Virus record (IMG/VR): IMGVR_UViG_3300042922_000636
Reading direction: 5' to 3' (one strand)
DNA length: 64,000 nucleotides
Origin: an uncultured virus (IMG/VR IMGVR_UViG_3300042922_000636)
Taxonomy: Duplodnaviria > Heunggongvirae > Uroviricota > Caudoviricetes
A model generated the notes under the pieces. It was not told the DNA's origin. It searched no databases and saw nothing but the letters and a program-made list of their open reading frames with translations. Made by a program: the position numbers and the translations under genes. This document shows, one piece after another, positions 8,285-17,154 of this stretch (within the stretch, counting starts at the first letter, position 1; each line of letters starts with the position of its first letter).

Positions 8285-9060
8285 GCATGCTCTTCGACCT
8301 CGAACAGGATGCGGCGCAGAAAGCCACCGGCTCGGCGGAACTCGTCTACCAGTCGGAGTTCGCCACGGTGTGGCACGGAGACGCTCGCGATGTGCTCGCG
8401 ACGGTCCCCAAAGAGTCCACCCACCTGATCCTGACCGACCCGCCCTACGGTGTGGAGTGGAGATCCAACCAGCGCACGGAACGATTCGAGCAGCTGGTCG
8501 GAGATGGATCCGGGGATGACGAGCGCGCAATCGTGCGTGACGTGCTCGCGCACTGTGTGCGCATCGTCGGCCAAAATCGGCACCTCTACGTCTTCGGGCC
8601 CACCGACGTGCTCGACGGGCAGAAGGTCTCCGAAGTAGTCGAACTCATCTGGGACAAGGGCGTGCTCGGATCGGGCGACGTGACCTCGTCCTGGGGCCCG
8701 CAGCACGAGCGAATCAGCTTCTGCACCTCCAAGTTCCGGCACGCGGGCCAAACCGGAGCGCCCGGCATCCCCACTCGCATGCGGAAGGGATCGGTGCTGG
8801 AGTTCATGCGTCCGACCGGTCGCAAGGTCCGGCACCCGTCCGAGAAGCCGTGGCCGCTGCTCGCCGAGCTCGTCGAGTCATCGTCGCGTCGAGGTGACGT
8901 CGTCGTGGACCCGTTCGCGGGAACCGGAGCGACCGGAGTCGCCGCCATCCTCACAGGTCGGCGCGCGCTCCTCGTCGAGAAGGACGCTCAATGGGTCCCG
9001 CTGATGGTCGAGCGCGTCAAGAACGCCGAAGCGATCATCCGCGAGGCGGTGTCCGCATGA
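8281..9060 (+). CDS. N6A/N4C DNA methyltransferase (beta class)
   Basis: LTDPPY, HPSEKP and VVDPFAGTG motifs. Confidence 0.92.
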   Translation: MSMLFDLEQDAAQKATGSAELVYQSEFATVWHGDARDVLATVPKESTHLILTDPPYGVEWRSNQRTERFEQLVGDGSGDDERAIVRDVLAHCVRIVGQNRHLYVFGPTDVLDGQKVSEVVELIWDKGVLGSGDVTSSWGPQHERISFCTSKFRHAGQTGAPGIPTRMRKGSVLEFMRPTGRKVRHPSEKPWPLLAELVESSSRRGDVVVDPFAGTGATGVAAILTGRRALLVEKDAQWVPLMVERVKNAEAIIREAVSA

Positions 9061-9461
9061 CCGTCACAGCAGCAGACAAGACGGCCGTCATCGACCGCGA
9101 CGGCGGCTTCTGTCTCCTCATGCTCCGCAACTGCACTGGCGAGGCGCAGACCGCCGACCACCGCGCGAACCGCGGTCAGGGCGGAGCGGGCAGCGCTCTC
9201 GACGGTGGCGAGAACCTGATCGCCGCGTGCTCGCTCTGCAACGGCGAGAAGGAGACCGTCACCGGTCTCGTCCGCCTGGACCTCATCGAGCGCGGCCTCC
9301 GCGTCGTCCCCGACTCCACCCACCGCAAGACCCTGCTGCGCGTGCAGCACACGCCCGTGCAGGGGATCGACGGCGAGTGGTGGATGCTCCTGGACACCAA
9401 GACCCGCCGGCACGCGACGCGCCTCGAGGTCGTCCGTCACCTGAGGTCGGTGGCCGCATGA
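9057..9461 (+). CDS. HNH-like endonuclease
   Basis: RDGGFC..C...ADHRANRG..NLIAACSLCN. Confidence 0.75.
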   Translation: MTVTAADKTAVIDRDGGFCLLMLRNCTGEAQTADHRANRGQGGAGSALDGGENLIAACSLCNGEKETVTGLVRLDLIERGLRVVPDSTHRKTLLRVQHTPVQGIDGEWWMLLDTKTRRHATRLEVVRHLRSVAA

Positions 9462-9598
9462 CTGCGCCCAAGCCGTTGACGCACGAGGAACTCGATGCTC
9501 GGGTCCGCTCGCTCGCCGCTGTTGGCGGAATCTACGAGGCCGTGGCGGAGATCGTCGAGCACTACGAGCGCCCGCGATGCATCGAGGCGCGGTCATGA
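9458..9598 (+). CDS. 46-aa conserved phage protein
   Basis: Homologous to 48640..48813 (VRSLA.VGGIYE.VA.IVEHYERPRC). Confidence 0.8.
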   Translation: MTAPKPLTHEELDARVRSLAAVGGIYEAVAEIVEHYERPRCIEARS

Positions 9599-10572
9599 GC
9601 GCCATGCCCACGTACGCAATGACGTACGTCGTCTACTGGCCCCACGCCGGCGTCCTGAAAGTCGGCCGCGCCTGGCGCTTCCACCGGGTGCAGATGATGG
9701 TCCGCTCCGGCGGACAGGTCCTCGTCCTCGCCCGCGGCACCGACGCCACATGGGAAGCCGAAGCACTCCGCGAACTGCGCCGCTGGTTCCCGCCCGCATT
9801 CCGGAACGAGACCGAAGCGACCGGCGTGCTGTTCATGGGCCGCGGCTGGACCGAATGCTTCCAGGTCAGCGAGCACCACCTGCGGCTCGCACGGGACCTC
9901 TGTTTCAAGGGATTTGCGAGAGGGAATGACCAGGGTGTCAACGAAGCAGCGGATGATCTCCGCACAGGATCTGGAGTCCCCGGGGTATCTGAGGTGCCCG
10001 GACGAAGCGAAGCCGACGGCACTGGGCCTGTGGCTGCACACGGACATCGACGGGCGCCGGGAACTCGTCCCGGAACTGATCGCGGCCGCCCTGTACCCGG
10101 GGAGAGCAGCGACCGAGCTGATCGTCGAGCACCTGCTGATGCTGGACGAGGCCGGGTTCCTGACGATCTACACGACGCCGGACGGCCGGGAGTGGATCGC
10201 ACTCGCGAGACCGCTGAAGGCGGACCGTCGCGGTGCGATTTCCGACTGCCCGCCGCCCCCGCATGGAGCTTCACGGAGGTCCGTGGCTGTGGGGGGAGCG
10301 AGGGAGAGAGCCGAAGCGAGGGTGCTGGCCGAGGGTGCCGAGCGAGCGGGCGTGTGGGACGTGTGGGCGAGCGAGCAGGAGCGGGCACACCGACCGCCGG
10401 CACGACCTCTGCTGCTGGACGCTCCTCCCATCGGTTGCCCCGATCACCCGCACGGCGCTTTCGAGAACTGCGGTCCCTGCGGCACGGCCCGCCGAAGACA
10501 CGACAGGTGGGTGCAGCAGCAGCGCTACACGGACCAGCTCGCGAAGCACGACACCGAGGAGGACCCCGATGA
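9595..10572 (+). CDS. GIY-YIG/T5orf172-like protein with long C-terminal overlap of the rep gene
   Basis: TYVVYW..VLKVGRA...GWTECF N-terminal domain; after ~aa 110 the frame shadows 9926..10582. Confidence 0.5.
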   Translation: MSAMPTYAMTYVVYWPHAGVLKVGRAWRFHRVQMMVRSGGQVLVLARGTDATWEAEALRELRRWFPPAFRNETEATGVLFMGRGWTECFQVSEHHLRLARDLCFKGFARGNDQGVNEAADDLRTGSGVPGVSEVPGRSEADGTGPVAAHGHRRAPGTRPGTDRGRPVPGESSDRADRRAPADAGRGRVPDDLHDAGRPGVDRTRETAEGGPSRCDFRLPAAPAWSFTEVRGCGGSEGESRSEGAGRGCRASGRVGRVGERAGAGTPTAGTTSAAGRSSHRLPRSPARRFRELRSLRHGPPKTRQVGAAAALHGPAREARHRGGPR

Positions 10573-10582
10573 ACCGTTCTGA
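9926..10582 (+). CDS. Putative replication initiator
   Basis: LGLWLHTDIDGRRE wHTH-like N-terminus; C-terminal CPDHPHG...CGPC as in phage B rep (CRRHPDG..CAAC). Confidence 0.7.
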   Translation: MTRVSTKQRMISAQDLESPGYLRCPDEAKPTALGLWLHTDIDGRRELVPELIAAALYPGRAATELIVEHLLMLDEAGFLTIYTTPDGREWIALARPLKADRRGAISDCPPPPHGASRRSVAVGGARERAEARVLAEGAERAGVWDVWASEQERAHRPPARPLLLDAPPIGCPDHPHGAFENCGPCGTARRRHDRWVQQQRYTDQLAKHDTEEDPDEPF

Positions 10583-10790
10583 CCGCATGGCTCTGGCGAA
10601 GCTCGACACCACGCTCGACAAGATCGATGCCGCTGAGAAGCAGGCGCTGATGGATCTGAGCAAGGCCGGCTACTGGTTCCAGAGCATCGACGAAGCCCGA
10701 GCATTCCGAGAGCGCCGGCGGAAAGAAGCACGGCTCCTGGCTGCAGGAGTCGACGAGATGAGCATGCTGCGGGCGAGGAGATCAGCATGA
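10569..10790 (+). CDS. Hypothetical protein
   Basis: GGAGGA RBS, coupled. Confidence 0.6.
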   Translation: MNRSDRMALAKLDTTLDKIDAAEKQALMDLSKAGYWFQSIDEARAFRERRRKEARLLAAGVDEMSMLRARRSA

Positions 10791-11290
10791 GCGCCGAGAC
10801 GCAGCTCGCAGTGCGCGTGACGCTCTTCTGGGTATCCGTAGACCAAGCCGGACCGGATGAGTGCTGGCCGTGGGTCGGATACAGCGACGCAGACGGATAC
10901 GGGCAGTTCTTCTTCGAGGGCCGAATGCGGCCAGCGCACGAACTGGCCTTGACGTTCACGACCGGAGAACGCCGGGGGACAGGGCTAGACACCTGCCACT
11001 CCTGCAATAACCCGCCGTGCTGCAACCCCGCGCATCTCCGGTTCGACACCCGAGCCTCCAACGTGGCCGATTCCATCAGCGCGGGAACCCACAAGGCGGG
11101 GCCCGGAAAGCTCACGCCAGACGTCGTGCGGATCATCCGCGAGCGGAGAGCGAACGGAGCTCGACAACAAGACCTCGCTGACCAGTACGGAGTGACCAAC
11201 GGCATGGTCAGCCAGATCGTCCGCGGACTCCGGTGGCCCAGCGCCCCCGGCCCGATCCAGAACGAAAGGACCACCTCTCATGGTGAATGA
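10787..11290 (+). CDS. HNH endonuclease (HNH_3 type) with C-terminal HTH
   Basis: CWPW.G...GYG...AHE...[33 protein letters not shown]. Confidence 0.85.
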   Translation: MSAETQLAVRVTLFWVSVDQAGPDECWPWVGYSDADGYGQFFFEGRMRPAHELALTFTTGERRGTGLDTCHSCNNPPCCNPAHLRFDTRASNVADSISAGTHKAGPGKLTPDVVRIIRERRANGARQQDLADQYGVTNGMVSQIVRGLRWPSAPGPIQNERTTSHGE

Positions 11291-11768
11291 GACCGTCATC
11301 ACCGTCGTCGGGAACCTGACCGACGCGCCCGAGCTCCGATACACGCAGAGCGGCCTTCCCGTCGCGAACTTCACGATCGCGTCAACGCCGCGCAGCCTCG
11401 ATCGCGCGAGCGGGGAGTGGAAGGACGGCGACCCGCTGTTCCTCCGCGCGTCGGTGTGGCGTGAGTTCGCGGAGCATGTGGCCGGCTCGCTGAAGAAGGG
11501 CTCACGTGTCATCGCGACTGGTCGTCTGAAGCAGCGCACCTACCAGGACCGTGAAGGCCAGAACCGGACGGCCATCGAGCTCGAGATCGAGGAGATCGGC
11601 CCGAGCCTCCGCTACGCGACCGCCGAGGTCGTCCGAGCCGCCCGCACGGACAACGGCCAGGGGCAGGCGGCGCAGCCGTCGAAAGATCAGTGGGCTCAGC
11701 CCGAGACGACGTCGTGGGACGCATCGCAGCCGGGAGGTGGGTCCTATGGCGACGACACTCCTTTCTGA
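11280..11768 (+). CDS. ssb: Single-stranded DNA-binding protein
   Basis: [14 protein letters not shown]...IGPSLRYA with acidic DDTPF tail. Confidence 0.97.
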   Translation: MVNETVITVVGNLTDAPELRYTQSGLPVANFTIASTPRSLDRASGEWKDGDPLFLRASVWREFAEHVAGSLKKGSRVIATGRLKQRTYQDREGQNRTAIELEIEEIGPSLRYATAEVVRAARTDNGQGQAAQPSKDQWAQPETTSWDASQPGGGSYGDDTPF

Positions 11769-12498
11769 GCCGGACACCCGCATCGACCTGCTGAACGCGG
11801 TGGATGCTCTCACGGTCGGAACCCGCACGAAGGTCATCCACCATTCGTCGGACGGGGACGTGCACTGCACCTCGGAATGCGTCGAGGGCCAGCACACGCA
11901 CATCTCCACCGCCGTGCAGGCGCCGCTGCTCACTCAGCTGAACGACGCGATCCGAGAGACCATGTCGGCCCGTCCCGGAGGCGGCGCATCCCTCGCTCAC
12001 ACCCGAGGCATGCTCGACTCCGACGCGCTGTACCTGTTCTCCCGCATCGCGTCCACGATCTCCGACTGGGCCTACCAGCTCGACGTCCCGCACCGAGCGA
12101 CTCCGGTCGAGATGCTGCGGGCCTGGTACGTGAAGCGGAACGAGTCCGAGCACGACGACGCGAGCGACCGGTTCCTCACGAAGGTTCTCCGCGGGTGGGA
12201 AGGGCAGATCAACGCCACCCTCGACCCGTCGGAGGAGCAGACGCTCGAGGAACCGTGCCCGAACCCCGACTGCCCCCAGGGCGTCGACGAGCACACCGGC
12301 CGACCCATCTGGTGGAACCGACAGACCCGCACCTCGCAGACGAATCCGCTCATCGTCTCGTACCGCAAGGACGAGCCCGCGAAGCTCGTAGACAACGCCA
12401 GAGCGCGCTGCAGGGCATGCGGAACCGAGTGGTCCGCCCGAGCCCTCGCATGGGAACTCGAGCGGGCCGCCGTCCCGGAACAACAGGACGGGGCTTGA
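11746..12498 (+). CDS. Zinc-ribbon phage protein, possible late regulator
   Basis: CPNPDC...CRAC; same position after ssb as 47873..48643. Confidence 0.7.
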   Translation: MATTLLSEPDTRIDLLNAVDALTVGTRTKVIHHSSDGDVHCTSECVEGQHTHISTAVQAPLLTQLNDAIRETMSARPGGGASLAHTRGMLDSDALYLFSRIASTISDWAYQLDVPHRATPVEMLRAWYVKRNESEHDDASDRFLTKVLRGWEGQINATLDPSEEQTLEEPCPNPDCPQGVDEHTGRPIWWNRQTRTSQTNPLIVSYRKDEPAKLVDNARARCRACGTEWSARALAWELERAAVPEQQDGA

Positions 12499-12513
12499 CG
12501 TATGTCAACTAGT

Positions 12514-12687
12514 TCAGCGCTTGCGTTTGGCTGCGGCGACGGCCTTCTCGCGGATCCAGACGCCGACGGTCTGCCCTTCGGCGGCTTCGGTGATGAGCGC
12601 GTGTTCGTCGTCGGTGAGGTTCACCATGACGCGCTTGTTGCGGGGGTTCTCGACGGGTGGGCGTCCGCCCTTGTTCGGTTCGGCCAT
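12514..12687 (-). CDS. Ribbon-helix-helix-like regulator
   Basis: GGRPP..NPRNKRVMVNLTDDEHALITEAA...VGVWIRE. Confidence 0.6.
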   Translation of the reverse strand: MAEPNKGGRPPVENPRNKRVMVNLTDDEHALITEAAEGQTVGVWIREKAVAAAKRKR

Positions 12688-12750
12688 TCCTTGAGGATAG
12701 CAGCAACGTTTAAAGTTGCGCGAAAGCGGGTTATGCGTTACGCTAAACCT

Positions 12751-12939
12751 ATGACGAACCACACCGCAGCCCAGGTCCTCGCGAAAAACACCATCGCCGC
12801 TCAGCAGGTCCTGGGGATCGACCGGGGAACCGCATTCGACCTCACCATCGCGGCAATGATCGCCGAGGACCCCGACGCGATGCGCGCCTTCCTCGCCGCC
12901 GCAAAGAGCCAGTACGAGAAAGAGGCGGCAGGTGCCTGA
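12751..12939 (+). CDS. Hypothetical protein
   Basis: TACGCT-N6-ATG leaderless; divergent from the RHH gene. Confidence 0.65.
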   Translation: MTNHTAAQVLAKNTIAAQQVLGIDRGTAFDLTIAAMIAEDPDAMRAFLAAAKSQYEKEAAGA

Positions 12940-13192
12940 GGCGCTTTGGGGTGAGCCCGTAGGGGAGTCTCCGGTACGGGCAGGGCTCGCGGCCGCACGC
13001 GAGATCAACCGGACCAGAGTCTCCTACCTTGAGGATCTCGACAAGCTGCGCCGAGTCCTGGCTGGCGGTGGGACCTTCCCGGAGATGCGGGCCGCCGTGA
13101 ACGCCTTCCAGGTCATCGACAACATCATCGGCGAACTGGAAACGGCCGCAAAGCGAGCGGCGGATCGCGTCGGAGAGGAGCAAGCAGTATGA
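12932..13192 (+). CDS. Hypothetical protein
   Basis: Coupled ORF in small-gene array. Confidence 0.6.
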   Translation: MPEALWGEPVGESPVRAGLAAAREINRTRVSYLEDLDKLRRVLAGGGTFPEMRAAVNAFQVIDNIIGELETAAKRAADRVGEEQAV

Positions 13193-13488
13193 GCGACTCG
13201 CCCCCGATCTATCTCGCTCTCGACCTATGGATTGCGCTCGGGTTGGACTCACGCGAGTTCGACGCCTACTACGGCCGCAACGGCTGGGAGGATACGTGGT
13301 CCAACTTGCTCGGCGAAGTTCGGACCATGCGCGTTCCGTACTGCCTCGCGATGACCGACGAGGGGCCATGCGTCCTACACCGCCACACGGTCGGGCCGCA
13401 CATGGCGGAAGGCGGCGTCGGCCACTTTGAGCCGCTGCCCTTCACCAGCGTCGATAGCCCGAATCAGGAGAACAGGAGTACGAAATGA
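13189..13488 (+). CDS. Hypothetical protein
   Basis: Coupled; ends in boundary linker R1. Confidence 0.65.
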   Translation: MSDSPPIYLALDLWIALGLDSREFDAYYGRNGWEDTWSNLLGEVRTMRVPYCLAMTDEGPCVLHRHTVGPHMAEGGVGHFEPLPFTSVDSPNQENRSTK

Positions 13489-13793
13489 AGTTCACAAACG
13501 GCCAACGGGTGACCCTCACCCACGCTCAGTACGGACAGATCACGGGGACAGTTCACGTTCTCGGCAACGCCAACCCGTACATCCCGCTCGGGTTCACGCA
13601 CCTCACGCTCGGAAAGGGACTCGAGCGCGCCGGCTGGAAGATCACAGACGGCTGGCAGGGAAGCGACCGGTCACGCATCATCGCCATCCTCGACGGTTGG
13701 GACACGGAGACATACGAGGCGAATCAGGGGGCGCTCGTTGATGCCGTGCGAGCCGTTCTGGACCCGTCCAGTGCACAGGGAGGCACAACTTGA
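13485..13793 (+). CDS. Hypothetical protein
   Basis: Lies between linkers R1 and R2. Confidence 0.7.
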   Translation: MKFTNGQRVTLTHAQYGQITGTVHVLGNANPYIPLGFTHLTLGKGLERAGWKITDGWQGSDRSRIIAILDGWDTETYEANQGALVDAVRAVLDPSSAQGGTT

Positions 13794-14275
13794 GCGGTTT
13801 CTATCTGGTCCAGCGCCTTCAGGCGAAGCGCGCACCGCACAGCCCTGCGAAGGGATTCGACGGGTACTTCTCGCTGGACTACATGGGCTCGTCGGAGTTT
13901 GAGTGGGGCGCGATCCCGAAGGCCCTCAAGGCCATGCGCGAACGCCCGGTCGTCGTCGAGCCGCAGACGGTCAGCATCGACGGCCTCGACTGGGACATCC
14001 ATTTCGTCGGACACGAGGGCGTCAGCGCCGCAGGAGAAGCCATGGAGGCGTGGGCGGGTGGCAGCGAACGCCGTCGACCGTTCTACGGCAAGGAGTGGCC
14101 CCAGTTCCACGAAGTGCTCACAGGGCAGCAGTCGGATTACGTCCGCACGAACGCGTGGTGGGACATCGAGAACAACGTCGCCTGGGCCATCGACCCTGCA
14201 GTCGCGGACCTGCTGCGCTCCGCGTTCAACGCTCGCCGGCACACGGATCACACGAACGGTGACCGCGATGACTGA
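13790..14275 (+). CDS. Hypothetical protein
   Basis: TTG start after GGAGG; LDYMGSSEFEWGAIP motif. Confidence 0.7.
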   Translation: MSGFYLVQRLQAKRAPHSPAKGFDGYFSLDYMGSSEFEWGAIPKALKAMRERPVVVEPQTVSIDGLDWDIHFVGHEGVSAAGEAMEAWAGGSERRRPFYGKEWPQFHEVLTGQQSDYVRTNAWWDIENNVAWAIDPAVADLLRSAFNARRHTDHTNGDRDD

Positions 14276-14396
14276 GCTCGTCCTCTGCATCGCCGTCGCG
14301 GCATGTGCAGTCGCCTTCGGTTTCCTTGCCATCGCTGCTGTCGCAGGCGGCGAGGACTCATACGAACAGACCATCAGAGAGCAGGAGGAGCGATGA
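14268..14396 (+). CDS. Small single-TM protein
   Basis: Hydrophobic N-terminus, coupled. Confidence 0.55.
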   Translation: MTELVLCIAVAACAVAFGFLAIAAVAGGEDSYEQTIREQEER

Positions 14397-14926
14397 GCGC
14401 TCGAGCAATGGGTTCGCACCAGTCGGCGCGAGCAAAGACGACGACGTGGCTCACGCCGCCCGAACTGATCGAGGCTCTCGGGCCGTTCGATCTCGACCCG
14501 TGTGCCGCACCCTCGCCACGCCCGTGGCCGACCGCCGCACGGCACATCGAACTCCCGCAGGACGGCCTCGCGGCCGAGTGGGCCGGTCATGTGTGGCTGA
14601 ACCCGCCGTACAGCTTCGAGGCGTGGACGTGGCTCGACAAGCTCGCGAAGCATGGCGACGGAATCGCGCTGATCTTTGCTCGCACGGAGACCGCCGGATT
14701 CGTTGAACAGGTGTGGAAGAAGGCGACCGGCGTCCTGTTCCTGCATGGCCGACTGTACTTCCACCACGCTGACGGCACGCGAGCTGGCGCGAACTCGGGG
14801 GCACCGTCCTGCCTCGTCGCATACGGCGACCGGGCCGCAGAGCGACTCATGACGACGGGCCTGCCTGGCACGTACGTCCCGCTCGCCGCCGAGGCGGGTG
14901 AGAGGAATGAACGCGCCGATGTCTGA
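14393..14926 (+). CDS. Phage Dam-like N6-adenine methyltransferase
   Basis: WLTPP..LGPFDLDPCA...VWLNPPY...FARTET. Confidence 0.9.
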   Translation: MSARAMGSHQSARAKTTTWLTPPELIEALGPFDLDPCAAPSPRPWPTAARHIELPQDGLAAEWAGHVWLNPPYSFEAWTWLDKLAKHGDGIALIFARTETAGFVEQVWKKATGVLFLHGRLYFHHADGTRAGANSGAPSCLVAYGDRAAERLMTTGLPGTYVPLAAEAGERNERADV

Positions 14927-15110
14927 CGCAGCACGCATCGAACTTGCTCGCGGCAACTCAGTCCCGGGCGGACGAATAAGTTCGCTCGGCGCACGCGGAG
15001 TTTCGTTGCTACCGCATTCAGCCAGTAGCTCTATCCAGAGCAATGGCAGGCGGTCATGGGTGGGGCGATGCCGATTCTCAGCTGGGCCGACCGGGGAGGA
15101 GAACCCGTGA
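14919..15110 (+). CDS. Hypothetical protein
   Basis: Ends in linker R4; atypical codon use. Confidence 0.4.
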   Translation: MSDAARIELARGNSVPGGRISSLGARGVSLLPHSASSSIQSNGRRSWVGRCRFSAGPTGEENP

Positions 15111-15280
15111 CCTATACCGATGCGAACCCGGCACCTCGCTTGCATCAGACGGGCTGCACGGACTGGTGCAACCACTGCGCGCTCTGCGGTGTCGGCATCG
15201 CGTTCGGCGCGCGCTGCGCTGAGCACTACGGGGTATACCCGGAAAACTCCCATCCGACCGATTCGGGGCCCGCCGCGTGA
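15107..15280 (+). CDS. Cys-rich hypothetical protein
   Basis: GGAGGA RBS; CTDWCNHCALC..CAEH. Confidence 0.55.
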   Translation: MTYTDANPAPRLHQTGCTDWCNHCALCGVGIAFGARCAEHYGVYPENSHPTDSGPAA

Positions 15281-15591
15281 GGGGGAAGCGTGTGTGCTCC
15301 GTCGACGGGTGCGCGCAGAAGCACAAGGGGCGCGGTTACTGCCAGGTCCACTACCGACGGATCGTGCTGGGGCACAAGCCCCGACCGCAGAGCAAAGCGC
15401 TGATGCGTAGTGACCCCACCGACGAACGGCACGGAACGGTCAATGGGTACTCGAACTGCGACTGTCGCTGCCCGGAGTGCACTCGGGCGCACGCGGACGG
15501 CATCAAGGCCTACTTGGACGCAGACCCGCAGAGGCGCAGAAAGTGGAACGAGCGGCAGCTCGATCGATTGGAGAGGTTGCGGAATGGATGA
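15277..15591 (+). CDS. Zinc-binding hypothetical protein
   Basis: CSVDGC..GYCQVHY and HGT..GY..CDCRCPEC motifs. Confidence 0.7.
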   Translation: MRGKRVCSVDGCAQKHKGRGYCQVHYRRIVLGHKPRPQSKALMRSDPTDERHGTVNGYSNCDCRCPECTRAHADGIKAYLDADPQRRRKWNERQLDRLERLRNG

Positions 15592-15820
15592 GAACAGCCA
15601 AGAGGCATTGCAGGAGGCGGGGCGCGCAGTCGAGGACTACGCGGCGCTGGATCGGGCGATCGGCGGGGTCCTGTTCAACGCCTCCAACTTCCCCGAGCGA
15701 GTCCAGTCTCGGCTACTCGGTCAAAACATGCGGCCGCTGACCGAGAAGATCGCTGACGCGGTGATCGCAGCGGGCTTCGAGCGACGTCAGCAGGCAAGCG
15801 GGGAGGCGCATGCTGAATGA
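15584..15820 (+). CDS. Conserved phage protein
   Basis: Homologous to the N-terminus of 50544..50942. Confidence 0.8.
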   Translation: MDENSQEALQEAGRAVEDYAALDRAIGGVLFNASNFPERVQSRLLGQNMRPLTEKIADAVIAAGFERRQQASGEAHAE

Positions 15821-16625
15821 CGATTGGCGGGCCGCGATTCGTGGGTTCCTTCGCACTGAGCGTGCGGGTGGGAAACCGGAGACCACGGTCACGGCCCGCC
15901 GCTACCACCTGCAGCACCTCGCGAAACGCACCACCCAGGGCCCGTACACGCTCACCGGCGACGACCTCCTCGAGTACACCTCGAAGCAGCCGTGGGGTCA
16001 GGACACGAGACGCGGCCGCCGCACCACCCTGATCCGCTTCTACGAATGGGCGATCGCTGAGGGCCACACCACCGACAACCCGGCACTGGTCCTCCCGAAA
16101 ATCCGCATGCAAGCCGCGACTGCCCGCCCATGCCCCGACCACATCTACCGGCAAGCCCTCACCAGGGCAGCACCCCGCGAACAACTCATGCTCCGCCTCG
16201 CCGGCGACGTCGGACTCCGCCGCGCCGAGATCGCCGGCATCCACACCGACGACCTCATGCACGACCCCGACGGGTGGACTCTCGTCGTCCACGGGAAGGG
16301 CAACAAGGACCGCGTCGTCCCCGTCCCCGACGACCTCGGGCAGCAGCTGGGCGCTAAGCCACGCGGGTACGTGTTCCCCGGCGACGAGAACGGACACCTC
16401 GCACCCCGCACCGTCGGCGTCCTCGTCCGCGACCTCCTGCCCGGACCGTACACGTGCCATCAGCTGCGACACAGGTTCGCGACCCGCCTCTACGCCCGCA
16501 CGCAGGACATCCTTCTCGTCCAGGCCATGCTCGGGCACGCGTCCGTCGGCACCACCCAGCGGTACGTCGCCTTCGACCGCACGACGATGCGAGCCGCCGT
16601 GCAGGCGATGTCCGACGCCGCCTGA
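15810..16625 (+). CDS. Tyrosine recombinase (second family)
   Basis: GLRRAE, GKGNK, HQLRH, LGHAS, TTQRY; close homologue of 52246..53061. Confidence 0.93.
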   Translation: MLNDDWRAAIRGFLRTERAGGKPETTVTARRYHLQHLAKRTTQGPYTLTGDDLLEYTSKQPWGQDTRRGRRTTLIRFYEWAIAEGHTTDNPALVLPKIRMQAATARPCPDHIYRQALTRAAPREQLMLRLAGDVGLRRAEIAGIHTDDLMHDPDGWTLVVHGKGNKDRVVPVPDDLGQQLGAKPRGYVFPGDENGHLAPRTVGVLVRDLLPGPYTCHQLRHRFATRLYARTQDILLVQAMLGHASVGTTQRYVAFDRTTMRAAVQAMSDAA

Positions 16626-16649
16626 CCTTGCTCTGAAAGGATTGCTCCC

Positions 16650-17090
16650 ATGATCATCACCGACCCACTCACGGCTCGGGTGGCACTCGACTACCATCAC
16701 GCCGAGATACCAGAGGCGTACGAAGCGGCAGCTGAACAATGCGCACGCCAGATCATCGCGGCGGGTGAGGACGTGGGCGCGTTCATCCGCCGCGAGAGCA
16801 TCTGGGCCGTCAAGCGCCGCCTTCCGGAGTGGAGGAACGGCGAAGTAGCTGACGTCATCGCGCTGTGGGCGCCAGATCCCGCGGCCGGCGTTCACCTCCG
16901 CGGAGGGCCCCTCGACGGCGAGATCATCGCGCTCCGACGTGAGGACGACGGGCGGCCCATGGACCGAGTGCGCGTTCCCGTGCCCGGTGGCGACGCGGTC
17001 GCTGAGTACGGTCGCGATGGCATCGACAGCGAGAGCGACGTCTGGGTGTACGCATACCGGAGTCAGACGCAGGGACCTGATATTCCCTAG
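16650..17090 (+). CDS. Hypothetical protein
   Basis: AAAGGA RBS; GGPLDG motif. Confidence 0.7.
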   Translation: MIITDPLTARVALDYHHAEIPEAYEAAAEQCARQIIAAGEDVGAFIRRESIWAVKRRLPEWRNGEVADVIALWAPDPAAGVHLRGGPLDGEIIALRREDDGRPMDRVRVPVPGGDAVAEYGRDGIDSESDVWVYAYRSQTQGPDIP

Positions 17091-17154
17091 GTATGAGCGA
17101 AACGCTTATTCTGGGTTCTCGCGCGCACGCGCGCGCGTGTGTTATGCTCGTCGC

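Noticed and set aside
8281..9461. Restriction-modification pair (MTase + HNH)
   Set aside because: A related HNH-like gene occurs in phage B without an adjacent MTase; more likely an orphan MTase in the replication module.
11280..11768. Host chromosomal ssb marking a prophage boundary
   Set aside because: Both ssb copies sit in phage replication operons, without rpsF/rpsR neighbours.
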